From the NCBI GenBank assembly GCA_048941265.1, contig JBHLNT010000129.1, forward strand, positions 1-11,624: 11,624 bases of DNA, in the 5' to 3' direction. The translations under genes were made by a program, and so were the position numbers. Within the stretch, counting starts at the first letter, position 1. The number at the start of each line of letters is the position of its first letter. Below the pieces are notes generated by a model. That model ran no database searches and was not told the origin of the DNA. It saw only the letters and a list, made by a program, of their open reading frames with translations. This document shows, in pieces, positions 7,335 to 11,624 of the stretch. This stretch comes from Promethearchaeota archaeon (GTDB taxonomy: Archaea > Asgardarchaeota > Lokiarchaeia > Sigyniarchaeales > SOKP01).

Positions 7335-8474
7335 TTAAAAGCACCGATGAATTACCTGCGGTCCCATTTCCTTATATTCACGCCGGGTTATCCACATCCT
7401 ATCAAATGTTTTCAGTGATGCCAATATCGAACCTCCAATCCACACGGAATACATTCTTTCGGGAGGGGATATGATCCTTACATCTACCGAATCAGGGATC
7501 TGTTCCTTGATTTCTTTAGCTAGGCGCTCTTTAAATCCCGGATACATGGTAGAGCCTCCCGAAAGAACGATATTTGAAAAAAGTTCTCTCCTTAAATCTA
7601 CATCGCACTCGTAGATCGCCCCCACTATTAGATCATCTAATGGATCTAATTCCTTTCCGACAGCCGACGGATTGAAGAAACATTCGGGAGCGAGAAACCT
7701 CTCAACACCTACATTAATAGTTTCTCCGTCAGGTAGCATGAAGCTCTTCTCCATTCCTGCCACTTTTTTGGAAAGCATTACCTCCTTTTCAGGATCTAAA
7801 GCGACATAGCAGAGCTTTTCTTTTACGTCCCTGACAATCTCCTTCTCGGCTGAAGTCATAAGGGTCACTCCTTTTTGCCTTAATAGTCTCTGTAAATAAT
7901 TTGTAACATCACGCCCGGCAAGATCGACTCTTTGGATTGCATGACTTAACGCAAATCCTTCAAAGATCGGTACAATATGAGACACGCCATCGCCAATGTC
8001 TATGACAGTCCCCGTTACGCGCCCTGAGGCATACAGCGATAAAACCGCCTGTGTTGCAACGTATAATGCAGGTACGTTGAAAGTTTCAAACATGATTTCG
8101 CCCATTCTCTCCCTATTTGATCGTGGATTTAATGGAGCCTCAGTCAAGAGTACCGGATGCTCTGAAGGATCCACTCTTAAGTCTGTGTAAAATGTATAAT
8201 GCCAGATTTTCTCCATAGCCGTCCAGTCATCAACAATTCCATGCTCAATCGGAAAATTAAATTTCATAATACCTGAGAGTTCCGCCGCCTCCTCACCTAT
8301 ATAGTATTCTCTTGTAAAATGTTTATATTCAGCAAGAATATTATGATACTTAGGAGTACCAATCATAGTAGGAAACACGGAACGAGGCTGGTCTTCGCCT
8401 GCATATCCGTTTTTTGAAATTCCCGTACCATTGTCCAAAACGATTGCCTTTGAAAATTGCCCATTATCTGCCAT
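7335..8474 (-). CDS. Asgard actin (Lokiactin-like, eukaryote-type actin homolog), 379 aa
   Basis: Actin hallmarks throughout: IVLDNGTGISKNG (phosphate 1), PIEHGIV, EHPVLLTEAPLNP, QAVLSLYASGR, DIGDGVSH (phosphate 2), DLAGRD, KEKLCYVALD, LPDG, NIVLSGGSTMYPG, PPERMYSVWIGGSILASL and C-terminal HRCF. GGAGG (8487-8483) lies 8 nt before ATG 8474, favouring it over GTG 8489. Confidence 0.97.
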   Translation of the reverse strand: MADNGQFSKAIVLDNGTGISKNGYAGEDQPRSVFPTMIGTPKYHNILAEYKHFTREYYIGEEAAELSGIMKFNFPIEHGIVDDWTAMEKIWHYTFYTDLRVDPSEHPVLLTEAPLNPRSNRERMGEIMFETFNVPALYVATQAVLSLYASGRVTGTVIDIGDGVSHIVPIFEGFALSHAIQRVDLAGRDVTNYLQRLLRQKGVTLMTSAEKEIVRDVKEKLCYVALDPEKEVMLSKKVAGMEKSFMLPDGETINVGVERFLAPECFFNPSAVGKELDPLDDLIVGAIYECDVDLRRELFSNIVLSGGSTMYPGFKERLAKEIKEQIPDSVDVRIISPPERMYSVWIGGSILASLKTFDRMWITRREYKEMGPQVIHRCF

Positions 8475-8676
8475 AATCTTTTCCTCCACTTTAATATCTT
8501 ATTTTATTTAGATTAATTTAAAGGAATCAAACATAGATTTTATGATAATGCTATTGTTTAGACTGAATTTACCTAAAATCATCTACCGCAATATATTATC
8601 TAAATCCAATCTTGATTCCGTTGTTTTTTACAATTGTTTTGTTAAAATATTAATGGTAAAACACCTATTTAAACTT

Positions 8677-8694
8677 TGTCACCATTCCGTGACA
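8677..8694. promoter_or_regulatory. Inverted repeat TGTCAC-N6-GTGACA upstream of actin, candidate operator
   Basis: Perfect 6-bp arms (8677-8682 and 8689-8694), followed by palindromes GTCATGAC (8695-8702) and ATGATCAT (8705-8712). Confidence 0.35.
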
Positions 8695-8937
8695 GTCATG
8701 ACACATGATCATAACATAAGATCCAACAATCGAGGAAAAGCTATGTATTGAGCAAAAGATTGTAAATTTAGAAATATAAATATCATATGAACTATAGAAA
8801 TATGTTATTCTTTAGAAAAAATGAATTAAATATATCTAAAAAAAAAAATAATTAAATAAAAAGATAAAACTACAAAAATCACTAAATTTATAACGTCAAA
8901 TGATTTAAATAGTCGGGATTCCTTATTATTTCTAGAT

Positions 8938-9327
8938 ATATCGAATTTAAATCCTAAAAAAATTTATGAAGAATACGAACAAGGTAGTTTGACAAAGTCA
9001 GCTACTTCCGAAAAGCTCATATTCATAATTGATAATCAAGATGATGAGGAGATTAGAATCGAAGCAATTGAACTACTTCAAAAGGTCGGCTTTACAAGCG
9101 AAAACGTATTCAAATGCATGTAATCTAATCTACTCTCAGATATGAATTATAGAATAAGGAAGTTGGCAGTTAAACAACTTTTAAATCTTTTTCCAGTCAA
9201 ATGCATAAAGTCGTTGAGATCAATCATTGAACAAGAAAATTCAATCAAGATGATTGCTTCATTTTTTGATATTTTGAAGCATCCGATTCGTTCCATAGCT
9301 TTTCGCAATAATTATTTTATTTTTTAA
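8938..9327 (+). pseudogene. Degraded HEAT-like helical domain gene, resembling the N-terminus of Lokiarchaeia LRR proteins
   Basis: The frame reads ISNLNPKKIYEEYEQGSLTKSATSEKLIFIIDNQDDEEIRIEAIELLQKVGFTSENVFKCM*SNLLSDMNYRIRKLAVKQLL... with one TAA at 9121-9123 and ATA at the expected start. HEAT-like patterns (DEEIRIEAIELL, SDMNYRIRKLAVKQL) occur on both sides of the stop. Confidence 0.7.
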
Positions 9328-9403
9328 TATTTCTTAATTTAATGAAATAGATTAGAAATCAATAAAAGAAATATTAAAAATTTACTATTAAGAAGGTGGC
9401 AAT

Positions 9404-10120
9404 ATGGAATTGTTAAGAGATATTTTGGATAATGATGAGAAAATATTCTGGATGAAAGAATTAAGTCGCAGAACTATATTACCTTTTTATTATGATAAGA
9501 AAGGAAAAAAACGAAGGACAAACAAAAGAATTCAGAACTATTATGAAGTAATGAAAGTATATCGCTCTGATAAGGTTTTAGAAGACTATCCTATTATTCT
9601 TACTCTTACCAATAAACACATCATTAGACATGAAGTTAATGATTATGATTATCCTTTATGGTATGGGGAATGTGATATTTCCCATATTTACGAATATCGT
9701 AATGAATTTTGCTTCTATAATTTGAATGAATTAACAGATATATGCAAGAATATTAATCCTAAAAGAAATAAATATGAACTTGGACTCTATTTTGATTTGA
9801 ATGAAAAATATATGGGCGATGATGCACCAAATGTTTGGTTAGATAACTTATCGAAAAAGGATTACAAAGAAATTTTAGAATTTTTATTAAGAATTGTTCC
9901 TCATGTAAAAATCGATTATCTTTTTAAAAAACAAGAGAAATATGAAAAGGATCTCTCTAACGAACCAATTAAAGATCTCTTACCCTCATATTTAGTAAAA
10001 GAAGAAATAAAAAAGAGCGAATCGTGTAAATTCTGTAATGAGAAAGTTAATGCGGATGCAATTTTCTGTCCCAACTGTGGAAATAAAATTGACCCTAATT
10101 ACTTTATTTCTAAAGATTAG
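9404..10120 (+). CDS. Hypothetical protein with C-terminal zinc ribbon and possible bacterial-PH-like N-terminal domain
   Basis: C-terminal CKFC-x10-CPNCG zinc ribbon. ILDNDEKIFW and LTLTNKHII resemble bPH-type motifs. AGAAGGTGG precedes the ATG. Confidence 0.8.
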   Translation: MELLRDILDNDEKIFWMKELSRRTILPFYYDKKGKKRRTNKRIQNYYEVMKVYRSDKVLEDYPIILTLTNKHIIRHEVNDYDYPLWYGECDISHIYEYRNEFCFYNLNELTDICKNINPKRNKYELGLYFDLNEKYMGDDAPNVWLDNLSKKDYKEILEFLLRIVPHVKIDYLFKKQEKYEKDLSNEPIKDLLPSYLVKEEIKKSESCKFCNEKVNADAIFCPNCGNKIDPNYFISKD

Positions 10121-10698
10121 TTTATTTAATTAATATTTGAATGAATTTTAGAATGAAAATAGCGGAATTGTTATTCTACCTGACTCAATTTACGAGATGA
10201 TCATCACATCTCAAGGCTTTAAAGATAAATTGAGTAAAATTTTCAAATACCTTGGGCATGACATCAAATTCAGGGTATGAAATCAATTTGGATTAATAAA
10301 AAAAAAGCTTCATAAATTCAGCTCCTTAATGATTTTTTCGTCATGAAATCTGATATCAGAACCTTTTTACAGAAAAGTAAGAATTTAAATATTTATATAT
10401 TATTTTCTTTATTAATTCTCAGATAACCAAAAATTGAAACATTTTCACAAGAAATTCAATTAAATTAGGCTACATTTTGATAACCAAAATTCTAAATATA
10501 GCGTCAATGGTTATGTTTTTAGATATCAAAAGAAAGAAGAGAACAGGATTAACTTGAGATATTATAAAGTATTTTTCAAATACATGTGAAGACGAAAATT
10601 TACTAAGGATAATAATAGAGAGTTAAAATTATTAGGAAATATTAAAGACATAAAAGAACTAAAAATAGAAGTTATAATAAGAGGCTTGTTTTTCTTAA

Positions 10699-11624
10699 AT
10701 GAATATTGAAATTCCTACTAAGCAAAACTTCAGATGGAAAAAAATTTTATTGATTAAGCCCAATTACCGTCTCAGTAATGCTGATATTCAATTTGTTCAT
10801 ATGAATTTACCTCCAATAAATTTATCCTATATTGCAAGTTATTTGGTTGATTTGGATGTCGTGGTAAAAATCCTTGATGCAAAAGTAGCTAACTTAAATT
10901 ATAAACAAATTAGGAAAAATATTAAGAAATTTAATCCAGATATTGTAGGAATTACAGTTTTTATTTCAGCAGCTATTAATGTATGTTATGATATTGCAAA
11001 AATTGTAAAAGACTTTAATCCAAATTGCATTGTCGTATTTGGAGGGCGGCATTTCATCTCTGAATCAGATGAAACATTAAAAATTAATGAGGTTGATATT
11101 GTTGTTAGAGGAGAAGGAGAATTAACCTTTAGAGAATTGATTAAAAAAGGAAATCCTGAAAATGTGAAAGGAATTTCTTATATTTCAAATGGGAAAATTG
11201 TGCATAATCCAGAGAGGAGTCTAATTAAAGATTTAAGAAACTTGAGGTATCCAGCAAGATATCTTATTAAAAATAACAAATATAAGATGTTAACCGTCAG
11301 AATCGAAACGATAGAAACCTCAAGAGGATGCCCTTATAGATGCAAATTTTGTGTCACCCCTATTTTTAATAAAGGATTATGGAGACCACGACCAGTTGAG
11401 AATATAATTACAGAATTAAAAATGATTTCACAAAGCAGAAAAATTTCTGATATATTATTCATCGATGACAATTTTACTCAAGATACAAAAAGAATTGAAA
11501 GAATGTGTAAAAGAATAATTGAATGCAAAAAAAAAAAAGAGATAAATGATTTTAAATTTCTTGCTCAAGTAAGAGCTGATTCCATAGTAAAATCTCCTCA
11601 AATGGTAAAAAAAATGGCTGAAGC
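10699..11624 (+). CDS. Cobalamin-binding radical SAM protein (class B methyltransferase/BchE-like), 3'-truncated by the window
   Basis: Not in the ORF track because there is no stop in the window. Hand translation from ATG 10699: KILLIKP...PPINLSYIASYL...PDIVGIT...VVFGGRH...DIVVRGEGELTF (B12-binding domain), then ETSRGCPYRCKFC (CxxxCxxC) and FIDDNFT. Confidence 0.93.
   Translation, partial: MNIEIPTKQNFRWKKILLIKPNYRLSNADIQFVHMNLPPINLSYIASYLVDLDVVVKILDAKVANLNYKQIRKNIKKFNPDIVGITVFISAAINVCYDIAKIVKDFNPNCIVVFGGRHFISESDETLKINEVDIVVRGEGELTFRELIKKGNPENVKGISYISNGKIVHNPERSLIKDLRNLRYPARYLIKNNKYKMLTVRIETIETSRGCPYRCKFCVTPIFNKGLWRPRPVENIITELKMISQSRKISDILFIDDNFTQDTKRIERMCKRIIECKKKKEINDFKFLAQVRADSIVKSPQMVKKMAE

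Noticed and set aside
5772-8190. Plus-strand ORFs 5772..6104, 6258..6551, 6505..6687 and 7996..8190
   Set aside because: Antisense shadows of the regulator and actin genes.
8542-8751. 69-aa plus-strand ORF upstream of actin
   Set aside because: No SD or recognisable motif, and it occupies the probable actin promoter region.
8665-8811. Minus-strand frame containing MIMCHDCHGMVTKFK (CxxCH, heme-binding or HNH zinc-knuckle-like)
   Set aside because: Only about 15 codons follow the first ATG, with no signal peptide or other HNH residues. It may be a gene remnant, which would weaken the operator interpretation, but it cannot be supported as a feature.
5438-9123. TAA recoding, suggested by two genes each broken by an in-frame TAA
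   Set aside because: Intact genes here (HD hydrolase, Fe-S subunit, actin) end in TAA at their expected C-termini, and both broken genes also lack a normal start codon. Pseudogenisation is the simpler explanation.
10140-10460. Short broken frames on both strands in the long intergenic region
   Set aside because: Multiple stops in all frames examined and no recognisable protein or RNA structure; possibly decayed sequence.
10464-10709. Plus-strand frame with a single TGA at 10587-10589, possible selenoprotein or pseudogene
   Set aside because: No convincing start codon, no redox-motif context, no recognisable family and no evident SECIS-like hairpin.
11527-11538. A12 homopolymer in the radical SAM gene as a phase-variation or slippage site
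   Set aside because: The frame is intact (KKKK) and long A tracts are common in this AT-rich window.
1-11624. CRISPR array, tRNA/rRNA, transposase or integrase
   Set aside because: No regularly spaced repeats, structured GC-rich RNA-like segments or recombinase motifs were seen.

Overview
AT-rich archaeal DNA, most likely from an Asgard archaeon (Lokiarchaeia/Promethearchaeota). The assignment is inferred from a eukaryote-like actin, a Loki-type profilin-like domain and archaeal BRE/TATA and GGAGG/GGTGA signals. From left to right the window holds: a hypothetical gene, two unannotated microproteins, an HD hydrolase, a soluble two-subunit DMSO-reductase-family molybdo/tungstoenzyme, two more microproteins, a minus-strand actin cluster, a HEAT-like pseudogene, a PH-like/zinc-ribbon protein and a truncated B12-binding radical SAM gene. 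The most interesting part is the actin cluster (8474->5117). It runs actin -> ~73-aa protein with a WH2-like C-terminal helix -> protein fusing a profilin-like domain to a TrmB-type winged helix-turn-helix -> pseudogene. A TrmB-operator-like palindrome (TGTCAC-N6-GTGACA) lies about 200 nt upstream of actin. The hypothesis is an actin-sensing transcriptional circuit in an Asgard archaeon. All family assignments come from reading motifs by eye and from recalled sequences, not from database searches.
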